64,000 nucleotides of DNA from Clostridia bacterium (GTDB taxonomy: Bacteria; Bacillota; Clostridia; Christensenellales; UBA3700): the NCBI GenBank assembly GCA_029060065.1, contig JAIDUT010000023.1, positions 14,342 to 78,341 of the forward strand, in the 5' to 3' direction. This document shows, one piece after another, positions 38,399 through 48,297 of this stretch; positions within the stretch are counted from its first letter, which is position 1, and each line of letters opens with the position of its first letter. The notes beneath the pieces were generated by a model. It worked only from the letters and a program-made list of their open reading frames with translations. It was not told the origin of the DNA and searched no databases. The translations under genes and the position numbers were made by a program.

Positions 38399-38713
38399 AT
38401 GAGCGTAATAGAATTGACAAAGGATAATTTCGACAAAGAAATCATGAACAGCGATAAGATTGTTCTTATCGACTTTTGGGCAAGTTGGTGTATGCCCTGC
38501 AAAATGCTCTCGCCCATAGTAGACGAAGTGGCGGAAGAAAATCCGCAAATCAAAGTATGCAAAGTCAACGTGGATAAGGAAGGCGAACTTGCAAGCGCTT
38601 TCAAGGTATCGAGCATACCTATGCTTGTCGTAATCAAAGACAATACTGTCGTCGAAACGAGCGTAGGCGTAGTACCAAAACAAAAGATTTTACAAATGCT
38701 GAACGTGCAGTAG
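38399..38713 (+). CDS. trxA: thioredoxin (active site WCMPC)
   Basis: 104 aa. LIDFWASWCMPCKMLSPIVDE...SIPMLVV shows the thioredoxin fold. SD AGGAG present. Confidence 0.9.
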   Translation: MSVIELTKDNFDKEIMNSDKIVLIDFWASWCMPCKMLSPIVDEVAEENPQIKVCKVNVDKEGELASAFKVSSIPMLVVIKDNTVVETSVGVVPKQKILQMLNVQ

Positions 38714-38786
38714 TTGACGACAAAAGATTTTCATGATTAAATATCAATATAATTCATTTAATTTTTACTAAAATAGGAGAAAATAA

Positions 38787-39275
38787 ATGACAGGAAGTAA
38801 AAAAATTGCTCTATCAATCGTGATACCTCTGGCAATAATCTTAATAATATTATTAAGTTTGTTTTTGGTATATGGAATTGATATTTTGAAAGATGCATTT
38901 GAGCATAGAGATTGGACTAAAATTGATTATTGTAACGATAGTTGGGATGTGAAAATACCCAACGCTACTATCGAATATACCTTTTCAAGCTGTGGCGGTT
39001 TCAACGGCGACGGTGAAACATATACGTTATGTCGATACTCTTCCATTCCAAGCGAATTTTTGCAAAATTTCACATTGGATAGCAAAGGCGAAAATTTGGA
39101 AAAGTATAATAGTATCTCTACCATGTTGCAATCTAGTAACATTGATAAAAGCAAACTTATTGAGCCGGACGAAAATTATATATGGATGAGCAAGACGAAA
39201 AATTCCAACAACACCCTCTTGCTCGCTTATAATCAACAAACAAATACTTTGTATATCATTGAGCAATTTATATAA
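38787..39275 (+). CDS. hypothetical membrane-anchored protein
   Basis: 162 aa with one N-terminal helix. SD AGGAGAA present. No recognisable domain. Confidence 0.5.
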   Translation: MTGSKKIALSIVIPLAIILIILLSLFLVYGIDILKDAFEHRDWTKIDYCNDSWDVKIPNATIEYTFSSCGGFNGDGETYTLCRYSSIPSEFLQNFTLDSKGENLEKYNSISTMLQSSNIDKSKLIEPDENYIWMSKTKNSNNTLLLAYNQQTNTLYIIEQFI

Positions 39276-39301
39276 ATCAACTTAATATAAATTTTATATT
39301 C

Positions 39302-39337
39302 AAGGCTACGGCGAAAATACAAACCGTAGCCTTTTTG
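39302..39337 (+). terminator. Rho-independent terminator
   Basis: AAGGCTACGG-12-nt loop-CCGTAGCCTT followed by TTTTG. Confidence 0.8.
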
Positions 39338-39388
39338 TATGTATAACTAAACTCTTATTGGCAATACTTCTCTTCGGAGGTATTAAAA

Positions 39389-39973
39389 ATGAAATTAAAA
39401 GACAGTCAAACTTACAAAAACCTAGCTAGAGCTTTTGCCGGCGAATGTCAGGCAAGAACGAGATACGAATTTATCGAATACGGCGCAAGAGAACAAGGAT
39501 ATAAAGCTCTTGCCGACATTATCGACAAAATAGCGTTCCAAGAATTTACGCACTCTAGAATGATTTACAGCTTTATACAAAGCGCGGACGACGGCACGAT
39601 TGACAATATCGAAGTATGCACGGGCTATCCGTTCAGACAAAAGTGGGACCTTATGGACAACTTGAGATTAGCCGCCGAAGACGAAGGCGTGGAAGCAGAT
39701 AAACTCTATCCCGAGTTCGCAAGAGTGGCAAAAGAAGAGGGCTTTACAGATATAGCCAATCTCTTTAACAATCTTATCAAGATTGAAGAAACGCACAAAA
39801 AAGAGTTCATGCGACTACACAAGATGTTCAAAGAAGGAAAGCTCTACAAGAGCGACACCGCGGTAGTTTGGAGATGTCCGGAGTGCGGATTCGAAGCTAC
39901 GTCAAAGCAAGCCTTCGATACTTGCCCCGTATGTCAAGCAAAACAAGGCGTAATTACTCTTAAAGAAGCGTAA
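39389..39973 (+). CDS. rbr: rubrerythrin
   Basis: 194 aa. Ferritin-like diiron domain (ExxH motifs) plus C-terminal CPECG...CPVC rubredoxin-like domain. Confidence 0.9.
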   Translation: MKLKDSQTYKNLARAFAGECQARTRYEFIEYGAREQGYKALADIIDKIAFQEFTHSRMIYSFIQSADDGTIDNIEVCTGYPFRQKWDLMDNLRLAAEDEGVEADKLYPEFARVAKEEGFTDIANLFNNLIKIEETHKKEFMRLHKMFKEGKLYKSDTAVVWRCPECGFEATSKQAFDTCPVCQAKQGVITLKEA

Positions 39974-40005
39974 AACCATTCTCTAAAATTTGAAATATAA
40001 CCAAT

Positions 40006-40051
40006 ATAGCCCGCTATCTTCACAATAAAAGGTAGCGGGCTATTTTTTTTT
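40006..40051 (+). terminator. Rho-independent terminator after rbr
   Basis: ATAGCCCGCTA-16-nt loop-TAGCGGGCTAT followed by T9. Confidence 0.85.
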
Positions 40052-40142
40052 GAAAAATATGCTTCAAATCACTTTACAACTTTAGCGAGATAAAGTATAA
40101 TGACTTCACTACCCTAAAGTAAAGATAAAAGGAGATATTAAA

Positions 40143-40979
40143 ATGAAAAAGAAAATTATCGTTACGCTACTTATATGTTTAATTGCGTTGACTAGCGTAT
40201 TGGCATTCGCAGGCTGTCAAAAATACCTCGACAACGATACTCTTATCGGCTATGACGTCGACCTTGCAAAAGCAGTTGCAAAAGAACTTGGCGTAGAGGT
40301 CAAATTTAAGGAAATCGACTGGAATAATAAAATCGTTGAGCTCAAAGCCGGAAATATCGATATGACTTGGAACGGCATGACTATTCTTGACGACCTTAAA
40401 TCTGAAATGGAAATAACGCAACCGTATATGCTCAACAAACAAGTGGGCGTTATCAATAAGTCAAATGCAGGCAAGTTTAACTCTCTTGAGTCTATTAAAA
40501 ACGCTAACTTTACATATGAAAGCGGAAGCGCCGCGGAAAAGTTTGCAAAAAAGAATAACTATAAAGGCACCGGCGCAAAATCGCAAATGCTGGCGATGAC
40601 GAAAGTACTTGCAGGAAGTAGCGACGTAGCTATAGTAGACCTATTGCTTGCCAATTTCTACAGTTCTTCCGATTCTTCATTCTCCGACCTTATGATCGCA
40701 GTAGAATTCAGCGAAGAAACTTACGGAATTGGAATGCGTAAGGGCGACCTCGGTACTCTTGATAAGATATGTACCGCCATTATGAAATTACAAGAGGACG
40801 GCACTGTAGACGAAATCGCCAAAAGATACGGACTTCAAGACCAAATAATTAAGATGAACTATACCCCGCAATGGGAAAACCTCACCGACGAACAAAAAGC
40901 CGGCTGGAATAAAATTGAAGAAAAAGGTTATTTTGTTGTAGGTTGCACAATTTTTGCTCCTATAGCATACGAAAAATAA
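40143..40979 (+). CDS. amino-acid ABC transporter substrate-binding lipoprotein
   Basis: 278 aa with a lipobox (LAFAGC). GYDVDLAKAVAKELGV...DMTWNGMT is typical of family-3 SBPs. Confidence 0.85.
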   Translation: MKKKIIVTLLICLIALTSVLAFAGCQKYLDNDTLIGYDVDLAKAVAKELGVEVKFKEIDWNNKIVELKAGNIDMTWNGMTILDDLKSEMEITQPYMLNKQVGVINKSNAGKFNSLESIKNANFTYESGSAAEKFAKKNNYKGTGAKSQMLAMTKVLAGSSDVAIVDLLLANFYSSSDSSFSDLMIAVEFSEETYGIGMRKGDLGTLDKICTAIMKLQEDGTVDEIAKRYGLQDQIIKMNYTPQWENLTDEQKAGWNKIEEKGYFVVGCTIFAPIAYEK

Positions 40980-40980
40980 A

Positions 40981-41631
40981 ATGAAACAGTTTTTACAAAT
41001 AACTTATCAACTTCTTGATGCGTGCAAATACACTTTGGGCTTGTTCTTTGCTACGCTTGCGATTGCCATACCTTTGGGGTTGGTAATTTGCGCTTGCGCA
41101 ATGAGTAAATTCAAACCGTTGAAATACGTAACCAACGTATTTATTTGGATAATCAGAGGTACTCCGCTTATGTTGCAAGTCATAATAGTAATGTTTGCGC
41201 CGGGACTTTTGTTAAAAATACCCTTTCAAGAAGTATTTCTTGCGGCGCTCATTGCTTTTGTAATAAACTACGCAGTATATTTTGCGGAAATATACAGGGG
41301 CGGAATACTTGCCGTACCAAAAGGTCAATACGAAGCGGGACAAGTACTGGGCATGAACAGAATGCAAGTCAATAGACTTATTGTCCTACCGCAAGTCGTA
41401 AAGAGAATAACTCCCGCAATGAGCAACGAAGTAATTACGCTTGTCAAAGATACCTCTCTTGCCAGCGTGATAGGTCTTGCCGAAGTAATAATGACTGCTC
41501 AAAAAATCGTATCGACAAAAGCTCTTCTCTGGCCACTGTTCTATACCGGCGTATTCTATCTCGTCATGGTAGGCGTATTGACACTCTTCTTCAAGTGGCT
41601 CGAAAAGAAAATGAATTATTACAAGGCGTGA
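40981..41631 (+). CDS. amino-acid ABC transporter permease (HisM/GlnP type)
   Basis: 216 aa. EAGQVLGMNRMQVNRLIVLPQV is the EAA loop. Confidence 0.9.
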   Translation: MKQFLQITYQLLDACKYTLGLFFATLAIAIPLGLVICACAMSKFKPLKYVTNVFIWIIRGTPLMLQVIIVMFAPGLLLKIPFQEVFLAALIAFVINYAVYFAEIYRGGILAVPKGQYEAGQVLGMNRMQVNRLIVLPQVVKRITPAMSNEVITLVKDTSLASVIGLAEVIMTAQKIVSTKALLWPLFYTGVFYLVMVGVLTLFFKWLEKKMNYYKA

Positions 41632-41638
41632 GGTGAAT

Positions 41639-42643
41639 ATGGCATTTTTTGAAGTAAAAGACATATATAAAAACTTTGGCGCCAACAGAGTGCTTAAGGG
41701 CATTGATTTAGAACTTGACGAAGGTCAGGTACTTGCCATAATCGGCTCTTCGGGTAGCGGTAAAACTACGCTACTGCGATGTATAAACTTCTTGGAAATA
41801 CCCGACAAGGCCGAAATCTTCTTGGGCGGTGAAAACATATTTTCGGTAGATAATCTCGACAAAGTAAACGAGGCTTTGCAAAACGAAGTCCAAGAAAACG
41901 CAAAAGAAGAGGTCACTGCCGACGAAATCGCTAAAATAGACGATTCAAAAAGCAGTAAAGACTCTATAGGAACTTCTAAAGAAAATAATGCTAAAAATAA
42001 AAAGCCTAAGGAAGAGAAAATAAAGCCAATTAAAATCAGCAAAGAGAAGAAAAAACAAATTGCTACGCAACGGCTTAAAATGGGAATGGTATTTCAATCT
42101 TTTAACTTATTCCCCCACTACAACGTACTTAAAAACCTTACCTTAGCTACTAGACTAAAGTATGACAAAACAATTAATCCTTTTGGAAAATACTTCTCGA
42201 AGTCGGTAAGAACCGCCAGAAAACAAGCCTTCAAGGAGATTGACGAAAGAGCCGTCGAACTCTTAAACAGAGTGGGGCTTGGCGACAAACTAAAAGCCTA
42301 CCCTTGCGAGCTTTCAGGCGGTCAACAACAGCGCGTAGCTATTGCAAGAGCGTTGATATTGCAACCTGAAATATTATGCTTTGACGAACCTACAAGTGCG
42401 CTCGACCCCGAGCTCACAAGAGAGGTACTTAAAGTCATAAAGGACCTCAAGAAAGACGGACATACTATGATAGTCGTCACTCACGAAATGGAATTTGCAA
42501 GAAAAGTAGCTGATAAAGTTATATTTATGGCAGACGGCGTGATTGAAGAACAAGGCGCTCCCGAAGAAGTCTTTGGAAATCCGCAAAGCTCCAAGACAAA
42601 GGCATTTTTGCAAGAAAGCGAAAAATCTATAGACGAGGATTGA
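41639..42643 (+). CDS. amino-acid ABC transporter ATP-binding protein with ~70-aa Lys/Glu-rich insertion
   Basis: Walker A GSSGSGKTT, signature LSGGQQQRVAIARA and Walker B ILCFDEPTSALD. ATG 41639 has SD GAGGTG. The insertion lies at about nt 41840-42070. Confidence 0.9.
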   Translation: MAFFEVKDIYKNFGANRVLKGIDLELDEGQVLAIIGSSGSGKTTLLRCINFLEIPDKAEIFLGGENIFSVDNLDKVNEALQNEVQENAKEEVTADEIAKIDDSKSSKDSIGTSKENNAKNKKPKEEKIKPIKISKEKKKQIATQRLKMGMVFQSFNLFPHYNVLKNLTLATRLKYDKTINPFGKYFSKSVRTARKQAFKEIDERAVELLNRVGLGDKLKAYPCELSGGQQQRVAIARALILQPEILCFDEPTSALDPELTREVLKVIKDLKKDGHTMIVVTHEMEFARKVADKVIFMADGVIEEQGAPEEVFGNPQSSKTKAFLQESEKSIDED

Positions 42644-42644
42644 T

Positions 42645-42914
42645 ATGAAAGCAGACCATATGGACGAAATGATAGAAAAACTGTATTTGGTAATCTCTAA
42701 GCTCTCAACTCAAGAGGAATGTAAGCAATTCTTCCAAGACCTTTGCACCAACAAAGAGATTGAGCAAATGGCGCAACGCATAGAGTCCGCCCTACTTCTC
42801 AAACAAGGTATGACGTACACTCAAGTCATTGAACAAACCAATATTTCTTCGGCTACGCTGTCAAGAGTGTCGAGAGCATTGCAATACGGAGAAGGATATA
42901 AAAAGTTTATTTAA
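42645..42914 (+). CDS. YerC/YecD (TrpR-like) family DNA-binding protein
   Basis: 89 aa. LCTNKEIEQMAQRIE...TYTQVIEQTNISSATLSRVSRALQYG. Starts 1 nt after the ATPase stop. Confidence 0.75.
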   Translation: MKADHMDEMIEKLYLVISKLSTQEECKQFFQDLCTNKEIEQMAQRIESALLLKQGMTYTQVIEQTNISSATLSRVSRALQYGEGYKKFI

Positions 42915-42942
42915 TCAAACGATTTAATTACACTATAAATTA

Positions 42943-42970
42943 AAACAGCGAGTATCCCTCGCTGTTTTTG
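42943..42970 (+). terminator. Rho-independent terminator of ABC operon
   Basis: AACAGCGAG-TATCC-CTCGCTGTT followed by TTTG. Confidence 0.8.
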
Positions 42971-43033
42971 CATATTGACATTTCAATATAATACATGATA
43001 CTATTTTATTAGCATAATATACGGGGGGAAATT

Positions 43034-45550
43034 ATGAAAATCACACTTAACGGTCAATGGTCGCTACAATCGGGCGAAAAAACTTATAAAGCCAAGGTAC
43101 CCGGCGACGTCTTTTCCGATCTGATAGCAAACGGCGCAATAGACAATCCGCTCATTGGTCTTAATGAAGAAACCGTTCAGTGGGTGGGACGCTCAAACTG
43201 GGAATACTCACGAACTTTTACTGTTGACGAACAAATTCTAAATTTCCAATACATAGAACTAAATTGCAATATGCTTGACACTTTGGCAGACGTATACGTC
43301 AACGACAAACTCGTCGCCAATGTGAAAAATATCAATAGGCATTACGCTTTCGACGTCAAAGGACTTCTCAAAGAGGGAGAAAACTCAATTAAAATATGCT
43401 TCTACTCTCCTCTTCCCTATATAGCCGATAAGCACAAAAAGAACCCATTGCCCAATTCTACGCTCGGCGAAGCGGGGTCTTGCCATATCCGCAAAAGCCC
43501 CTATCACTTCGGTTGGGACTGGGGTCCGCATTTGCTTACGTGCGGAATCTCGGGAGATATTTTCCTAAACTGTTACGACGTGTGCAAAATCACACGCCTT
43601 GATATAAAGCAAACGCACAGTCAAAACTGCGTGGATATTAACTTAAAAACTTATCTATCCAATGACGTAGACGGCTTATCCGTATCATATACGCTATCTT
43701 TTGGAGGGATGGAAATCTGCTCTTCGTCAGGCGAAAATCCCACTACTCTCAAAGTAAATAACCCTCGCCTATGGTGGTGCAACAATATGGGCGAACAACC
43801 GCTATACGACCTTGACGTCAAGGTATGCCAAGGAGATAAAGTTCTTGCGCAAAAGTCGCAAAAAATAGGACTTAGAACTATTACGCTAGATAAAGAGCTT
43901 GACGATATAGGTCGCAATTTCTGCTTTTACATCAACGGCAAGAAGATATTTGCCAGAGGCGCGAATTGGATACCTGCCGACAGCTTTATCAACAACGTAA
44001 GCGACGAAAAACTCTACGACCTTCTCTATAAAGCAAAGGCGTGCAATATGAATATGATAAGAGTATGGGGAGGCGGATATTATGAAAGCGACAGATTCTA
44101 TGACATATGCGACGAACTCGGATTATTGGTATGGCAAGACTTTAACTTCGCTTGCTCTCCGTACCCTTTTGACGACAAAGAATTTTTAGACGAAGTACTT
44201 GCCGAGGTAAAAGACAACGTACTCAGACTTAAAAATCACGCTAGTTTATGCCTTTGGGCGGGAAATAACGAAATCGAATCCATGTCTATGGCATGGCTTA
44301 ATAGGAAAAAAGTAATTAAGAACTGCGGAGAATTTTTCTACAAAACTCTCCCCGAGTATCTCGCTCCGCTCGACGAAAATACGCCTTATTGGGCTTGCAC
44401 TCCGTCAAGCGGTGAGTATATGAAAAATATCAACAGCCCAGACAAGGGCGACACACACCTTTGGCACGTATGGCACGGACTGAGAAAACTCGATTACTAT
44501 AAGACCATGCCTACTAGATTTTGCAGTGAGTTCGGTATCGAATCCCTGCCTTCTCTCAACGCAATAGAAGAGTTCGCCGACGGCAATGAATACACAAGTC
44601 AGCATTGCGCTCTTGCAAAAGCTCACCAAAAATGCATTGGCGGAAACGGCAAGATAAAGTACTATATGCTCTCTAAGTTTTGGACGCCAAAACGCTTTGA
44701 AGATACCGTATATCTATCGCAACTCACACAGGCGCTGTGCGTCAAAAATGCAACGGAAGGCTGGAGAATAAACCCTCGCTGTAACGGCGCGCTGTATTGG
44801 CAATACAATGACTGCTGGGGCGTCAATTCTTGGTCGGGTATGGACTACTACGGCAATATGAAGGCACTGCAATACCTCGCAAAAAGATTTAATCAAAATA
44901 CTCTGCTGGTTTTCCAAAGACAGAAAGCGACGGTGAAATTGCATTTCGTCAACGACTGCGCTACGCAACTTAAGATTAAAATAAAGTGCGGAGTAATGAC
45001 TTATGACGGAGTTCAACTCAACGACGTAGTCAATAATATCTCAATAAATGAATACAGCGTAGGCAACGTAGCGATTCTCAACTTAAAAACTATACTGCAA
45101 AAACGCAAAGAAAATACTTGCTATTTGTACGCCTTGGCTTACGATGAAAACGATAATATATTATGTCAGGAAACTCTACCGTTAACTGACGAAAATAAGG
45201 TAAAACTACCCAAAGCGAATTTATCTTACGACTTATCGCTCGACGGCGATAATGTCAGAATGGATATAGAATCCGCAGGCTATGCGCGCTTTGTCGAAAT
45301 AAGGTTGAGAGGCTACTCTGCTATGCTCTCGGACAACTATTTCGATATGTTGCCAAATCAAAGAAAAAGCGTGTATTTTAAGTTGCCAAACGGCGAAACG
45401 ATAGAAAGTATCATGCAAAAAATAACTGCGCGTTCGCTATGCGACGTGGAAAGAAAACACTCTGCTCTTAAAGACCGGATTGAAAAAGCAGTAATCTTTT
45501 GGAATCCAATTAACCTTGCAAATTATATTGCGAGAACTTTCGATAAGTAA
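43034..45550 (+). CDS. GH2 beta-mannosidase (no signal peptide)
   Basis: 838 aa. The N-terminus ITLNGQWSL...KVPGDVFSDLIANGAIDNP, and WQDFNFAC plus NNEIES acid/base regions, are typical of bacterial beta-mannosidases. Confidence 0.85.
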   Translation: MKITLNGQWSLQSGEKTYKAKVPGDVFSDLIANGAIDNPLIGLNEETVQWVGRSNWEYSRTFTVDEQILNFQYIELNCNMLDTLADVYVNDKLVANVKNINRHYAFDVKGLLKEGENSIKICFYSPLPYIADKHKKNPLPNSTLGEAGSCHIRKSPYHFGWDWGPHLLTCGISGDIFLNCYDVCKITRLDIKQTHSQNCVDINLKTYLSNDVDGLSVSYTLSFGGMEICSSSGENPTTLKVNNPRLWWCNNMGEQPLYDLDVKVCQGDKVLAQKSQKIGLRTITLDKELDDIGRNFCFYINGKKIFARGANWIPADSFINNVSDEKLYDLLYKAKACNMNMIRVWGGGYYESDRFYDICDELGLLVWQDFNFACSPYPFDDKEFLDEVLAEVKDNVLRLKNHASLCLWAGNNEIESMSMAWLNRKKVIKNCGEFFYKTLPEYLAPLDENTPYWACTPSSGEYMKNINSPDKGDTHLWHVWHGLRKLDYYKTMPTRFCSEFGIESLPSLNAIEEFADGNEYTSQHCALAKAHQKCIGGNGKIKYYMLSKFWTPKRFEDTVYLSQLTQALCVKNATEGWRINPRCNGALYWQYNDCWGVNSWSGMDYYGNMKALQYLAKRFNQNTLLVFQRQKATVKLHFVNDCATQLKIKIKCGVMTYDGVQLNDVVNNISINEYSVGNVAILNLKTILQKRKENTCYLYALAYDENDNILCQETLPLTDENKVKLPKANLSYDLSLDGDNVRMDIESAGYARFVEIRLRGYSAMLSDNYFDMLPNQRKSVYFKLPNGETIESIMQKITARSLCDVERKHSALKDRIEKAVIFWNPINLANYIARTFDK

Positions 45551-45575
45551 TTCGCTATTTCCTAGATAAAAATGT

Positions 45576-45606
45576 ATAAAGCGTATCGGTCGGTACGCTT
45601 TATTTA
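45576..45606 (+). terminator. hairpin terminator after beta-mannosidase (weak U-tract)
   Basis: ATAAAGCGTA-TCGGTCGG-TACGCTTTAT followed by TT. Confidence 0.55.
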
Positions 45607-45659
45607 GTTACGGCATAAATTCAATGTATAATTTTTTGCAATAATGCAATAACTTAAGT

Positions 45660-47138
45660 ATGCTAAATTATCAAGACGAATACAACAAAATCAACAGCGA
45701 GTTCGGCGGTACGTGCGACTTGAGAAAAATCGAGTTGACGATATGCGGAAAAAGCGCATGTTTCTTTTATATCGACGGATATATAGATACTCTGCTCTTT
45801 GAAGACAATATACTATCTCCGCTAAAGAACTTCCAAGGCGACGGTCAAGTCACTGTGGATATGCTCAACCAAAATACTCAAATGACTACGCCTATCGAGG
45901 AATTGACGGATACCGCTAAGGTCATTGAAGAGATTTCAGCAGGTGAAATTATATTGCTTGCCGACGGCTCTGAGAGTTTCTTTAAGTATAGCGAAAAGAA
46001 GTATCAATTGCGCTCGGTAGCAGAACCGCCCGTATCCACGGTCTTGAGAGGACCGCGCGAAGGCTTTATAGAAGACCTTAAGACCAATATGTTTTTGATC
46101 CGACGCAGACTTGCCACTCCCAAACTGACTTTCGAAACGCTAAGCGTGGGAAAATATACGCAAACCAAAGTCGCTATCGGCTTTATCGACGGCATAGCAG
46201 ACCCGCAAATCGTAAATAGAATCAAGACGCAAATCGAGAACATCGTAATAGACGGCGTGCTCGAGTCGTCGTATATCGCGAGATATTTGGAGGAAAATAA
46301 GTTTTCCTTATTTTCTCAAGTCGGCTCAAGCGAAAAACCTGATATAATAACGGCAAAAATGCTTGAAGGTAGAGTGGCGATTATTGTAGACGGTTCGCCA
46401 TCGGTGCTCACTCTGCCCTTTCTAATGTATGAAAACTTCCAGATGAGCGAGGATTATTATATCAAGAGTTATCGCGCAACAATGGTGCGTATCATCCGAC
46501 TTATTGCCTTGATTTTTTCCATACTGATGCCTGGAATATACGTGGCTTTGCAAGAGCATCAATACCAACTGTTCCCTATCAAATATCTCGTCTCCGTACT
46601 GGGACAAATCTCTAATATACCGCTTTCCCCGATGCTTGAAATGCTTTTGGTGCTGGTGATATTCGAAATTCTCAACGAAACGTCCATACGTATGCCGAGA
46701 TACGTAAGTATGGCGCTATCGGTAGTAGGCGCAATTATTCTCGGCGAAGCGGCGGTAACAGCGGGACTGTTCTCCATATCGTCTGTAATAATCGTTGCAA
46801 TATCCACAGTCGGCGTATATTGCGTACCCGACGAAATAAACTCGTCAAGTATTTTAAGATTCGGCTTTGTCGCCGTAGGCGGTGTGCTTGGATTATTGGG
46901 TATTTTGCTGGGCATGGCGGGACTCGTAGCGTATATCTGCTCTATAAACAGTTACGGAGTAGCATACACTTCCCCATTTGCTCCTTCGCTTATGCACGAT
47001 TGGCAAGACGGACCCATCAAAGCGCAATTGCAGGAATTCGGCGAACGTCCTTATTCTATCCCTACCGACAACCGAACTCGTCAACGCACGCTGTTAGCAG
47101 ATAACAAAGAACAAGAAAACAACGAAGCAAACAAATAG
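45660..47138 (+). CDS. spore germinant receptor, GerA-family A subunit
   Basis: 492 aa. RGPREGF and a C-terminal membrane domain typical of GerAA/GerKA. Confidence 0.85.
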   Translation: MLNYQDEYNKINSEFGGTCDLRKIELTICGKSACFFYIDGYIDTLLFEDNILSPLKNFQGDGQVTVDMLNQNTQMTTPIEELTDTAKVIEEISAGEIILLADGSESFFKYSEKKYQLRSVAEPPVSTVLRGPREGFIEDLKTNMFLIRRRLATPKLTFETLSVGKYTQTKVAIGFIDGIADPQIVNRIKTQIENIVIDGVLESSYIARYLEENKFSLFSQVGSSEKPDIITAKMLEGRVAIIVDGSPSVLTLPFLMYENFQMSEDYYIKSYRATMVRIIRLIALIFSILMPGIYVALQEHQYQLFPIKYLVSVLGQISNIPLSPMLEMLLVLVIFEILNETSIRMPRYVSMALSVVGAIILGEAAVTAGLFSISSVIIVAISTVGVYCVPDEINSSSILRFGFVAVGGVLGLLGILLGMAGLVAYICSINSYGVAYTSPFAPSLMHDWQDGPIKAQLQEFGERPYSIPTDNRTRQRTLLADNKEQENNEANK

Positions 47139-47145
47139 GTGATAT

Positions 47146-48297
47146 ATGGAAAACGATCAAAAAAACAAAATATATGAAGAACAGTTCCTATTGCTTGCAT
47201 TTATATCGGTAGTCACTTTCAAAATCGTAATGCTACCTCAGTATCTTGTATCTTCAGTGGCTAACAATAGCTATTTAGTAGTAGCATTTATGGTGGCAAT
47301 AGAGATAATGATGCTTACCGTAGTATATGGTACCGTAAAAAACGGCTCAATACTGGAACAAGACTTTCCAAAGTGGCTCAAAGGAGTGTTTGCTATATTA
47401 ATTCTAGTGTCATCCGTAATAAAAAGTACCGTGCGCGGTAGCGAGGGCATAGCGTATATCGCGACTTCACTATACGCAAACGTGAGTTGGACGTTCATTA
47501 CTCTTGCATTGATATTGGTAGGTATATATATTGCTCAGAAAGGCGCAAAAGTACTTGCGCGTTCAGCGCAGATATTCTTTTGGATAATTGCTTTTGCCTG
47601 CGTATTTTTCATCGTTTTTTCCAATATCAAGCTAGACCCGCTCGATCTCATGCCCTTCAAAATATCCGGCGAATTGGCAGTCGCTTGCGATAAATATCTG
47701 ATGTGGTTCGGCGACTTTACGCCACTGCTTTTAGTAACGGTAACAAAGTCTAAGAATCACGGTAAAAAAAGAATGGCAGTATGGACCTTATTTGCGATAC
47801 TCGGCGCATTTTTGCTGACCGTAGGCGTAACGATATTATTCATCTGTACTTTCGGCGAAGCGGGCGAATTAGTCGGCAATGCTTTCCTCAACGTTTCGTC
47901 TCTAAATAAAATCTTCTTTATGATAGGTTCTGCAGACTTACCTACAGTGCTAAGCTGGCTGGTTATGTATACAATCAAATTCTCTATGATTGTATACGCA
48001 ATGTCTACATGCGCTAAGTTTTTCTTCGGCGATAAGTTTATTTTATCAATTATAAGCGGAGTAATAATTTATTGCATAATTTGCTTTGGCATAGGCAATC
48101 TCAATACCAACTATGCGCTTGATATTAGTTGGTTAAGATACGTCGCGTTCTTTATTGAATTCTTAGTAACTATTGTGGCTTATATAGCTATGCGCGTATG
48201 TCAAAGTAAAAAAGAAAAACAACAAAATAATATTCCGTCGGAAAATATAACGCAACAAAACTTAAATCAAACCGACGAGTTGCAAGGAGAGATATGA
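47146..48297 (+). CDS. spore germinant receptor, B subunit (APC-like permease)
   Basis: 383 aa with about 10 helices. Middle gene of the ger tricistron. Confidence 0.8.
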   Translation: MENDQKNKIYEEQFLLLAFISVVTFKIVMLPQYLVSSVANNSYLVVAFMVAIEIMMLTVVYGTVKNGSILEQDFPKWLKGVFAILILVSSVIKSTVRGSEGIAYIATSLYANVSWTFITLALILVGIYIAQKGAKVLARSAQIFFWIIAFACVFFIVFSNIKLDPLDLMPFKISGELAVACDKYLMWFGDFTPLLLVTVTKSKNHGKKRMAVWTLFAILGAFLLTVGVTILFICTFGEAGELVGNAFLNVSSLNKIFFMIGSADLPTVLSWLVMYTIKFSMIVYAMSTCAKFFFGDKFILSIISGVIIYCIICFGIGNLNTNYALDISWLRYVAFFIEFLVTIVAYIAMRVCQSKKEKQQNNIPSENITQQNLNQTDELQGEI

